In this document: positions 62,966-64,000 of the stretch, one piece after another
Layout: each line of letters begins with the position of its first letter
Position numbering within the stretch: the stretch's first letter is position 1
Assembly (NCBI GenBank): GCA_963752475.1
Contig: CAVVYR010000006.1
Span: 768,001-832,000, forward strand
DNA: 64,000 nucleotides
Source: an uncultured Chloroflexia bacterium
Lineage (GTDB): Bacteria > Chloroflexota > Limnocylindria > Limnocylindrales > CSP1-4
Direction of reading: 5' to 3'
Translations under genes and position numbers: made by a program
The notes under the pieces: model-generated
Seen by the model: the letters and a program-made list of their open reading frames with translations, nothing else
Databases searched by the model: none
What the model was told of the DNA's origin: nothing

Positions 62966-63130
62966 GAACGGGCGAATACGACCCGTCGACAGCCGCGATC
63001 GGTACACGTGTGCAGGATCGTGTCGCTGGGCGGTCAGGACTGACGAAGCCGCTCGCGTTGCGACAGAGCCCTGAAGCGAAGAGGCTCGGAACGGACTGGG
63101 CTGTGACCGACACGTCAGGCTCGCCCGTTC
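62966..63130. ncRNA. Candidate structured RNA (multi-helix junction)
   Basis: Closing stem 62966-62975/63121-63130 (10 bp) with nested helices found by eye, in a 280-nt gap between convergent genes. Confidence 0.35.
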
Positions 63131-63232
63131 GACGACGACGAGGGACGACCACGGGTGGTGACCTGCGTCTCGCCCCTTCGCTGAGGTGCGGTCGAAGGCA
63201 CGCTGCCCGGGCTACAGCGCCCGATGCTGGAC

Positions 63233-63985
63233 CTAGCCGACCGCCGCTCCCGGCTCCGGACTCAGGACCTCCACGTCGCCGAGACCGAGATGCTCCAACT
63301 CCTCGCGCAGCTGATCGGGCGTGCCGGCGAGCGCCGGGAAGGTGCCGTAGTGGATGGGCACGACGACGGCGCACCCGAGCAGCTCGACGGCCCGGGCCGC
63401 GGCCGGCGGGTCCATCGTGAAATGGCCGCCGATGGGCAGGAAGGCCACGTCGGGCCGGTGCATCTCGTTGATGAGACGCATGTCGCCGAAGAGCGCCGTG
63501 TCGCCAGCATGGTAGAGAGAGCGCCCGTTCTCGAGCTCGATCACGAACCCCACGGGCTCACCCAGGTACAGCGGCAGACCGGTGTCGTCGACGAAGTCGC
63601 CGGCGGAGTGGTCAGCCGCGACCATCGACACGCGAACCCCGGCGACCTCGACGGTCCCGCCCTTGTTCATGCCCACGATCTCGGCCCCGGTCTCCTGCGC
63701 GCCCAACCACAGGCTCAGCTCATGGATGGCTGGCCAGGCCGGCTGCGTGCGCCGGGCGATCGTCAGCGAGTCGGCGTTCGCGATGTCGCCGGGCATGGCG
63801 CCGAGGTGATCGTGGTGGCCGTGCGTCACGAGCATCACGTCGCAGCGCTCGATGACCTGAGGGCCGGCGGGCGCGAGGGGATGCCCGAACCAGGGGTCGA
63901 TGAGGATACTCGTGCCGGCCTCGCTCTCGACGTGCACGGTCGCGTGGCCGTACCAGGTGAAACGGAAGCCCAGGTCCTCGCTCAT
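63233..63985 (-). CDS. UPF0173/UlaG-like MBL-fold metal-dependent hydrolase
   Basis: W.GHA, LIDPW, THGHHDH, YHAGDT, LPIGG.FTM and PIHYGTF motifs. Confidence 0.9.
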   Translation of the reverse strand: MSEDLGFRFTWYGHATVHVESEAGTSILIDPWFGHPLAPAGPQVIERCDVMLVTHGHHDHLGAMPGDIANADSLTIARRTQPAWPAIHELSLWLGAQETGAEIVGMNKGGTVEVAGVRVSMVAADHSAGDFVDDTGLPLYLGEPVGFVIELENGRSLYHAGDTALFGDMRLINEMHRPDVAFLPIGGHFTMDPPAAARAVELLGCAVVVPIHYGTFPALAGTPDQLREELEHLGLGDVEVLSPEPGAAVG

Positions 63986-64000
63986 CGGTCTCCTCCAGTC

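Noticed and set aside
63036-63092. CTGACGA...GGAAC resembling a hammerhead ribozyme core
   Set aside because: The required GAAA and stem I/III geometry are absent.

Overview
High-GC bacterial DNA. Gene style and GAAC-N4-GTAC LexA box fit Chloroflexota or Actinomycetota, but taxonomy cannot be fixed from this window. I found no rRNA, tRNA, CRISPR array or mobile element. Left part (1-15.8 kb): Ku, SGNH hydrolase, carAB with a tandem PyrR-type leader, AAA kinase, MscS, an M16 peptidase pair, PfkB-like, AcuC/HDAC, GT4, a metallophosphoesterase and a C-GCAxxG-C-C protein. Middle (15.9-40.9 kb): a large divergent catabolic cluster, probably GntR-controlled. It contains a Liv-type ABC importer, split transketolase, cupin, a phospho-His phosphotransferase half lacking an ATP-grasp domain, an HPrK-like P-loop protein, an XDH-family molybdoenzyme, a cyclase, two Zn-dehydrogenases sharing an identical 490-nt 5' half, a barrel-less PPDK fused to an Rv1126c-like domain, ATP-PFK, MBL and SDR. 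The same TCGATTATCGA-type motif occurs at three of its promoters. Right part: five ECF sigma/anti-sigma-like pairs, orphan ureE-ureG, lhr with an SOS box, an RTX-repeat protein, MhuD, GT87, M20 peptidase, GGT, a two-component system, a methyltransferase, a candidate structured RNA and a UPF0173 hydrolase. The most striking signal: each of the five anti-sigma-like genes has an internal Shine-Dalgarno plus ATG just before its hydrophobic helix (in frame in four; one base off in the frameshifted fifth). This suggests each gene makes both a membrane anti-sigma and an exported isoform of its variable sensor domain. Several single-base frameshifts (~29.5, ~34.1, ~55.3-56.9 kb) look like sequencing errors.
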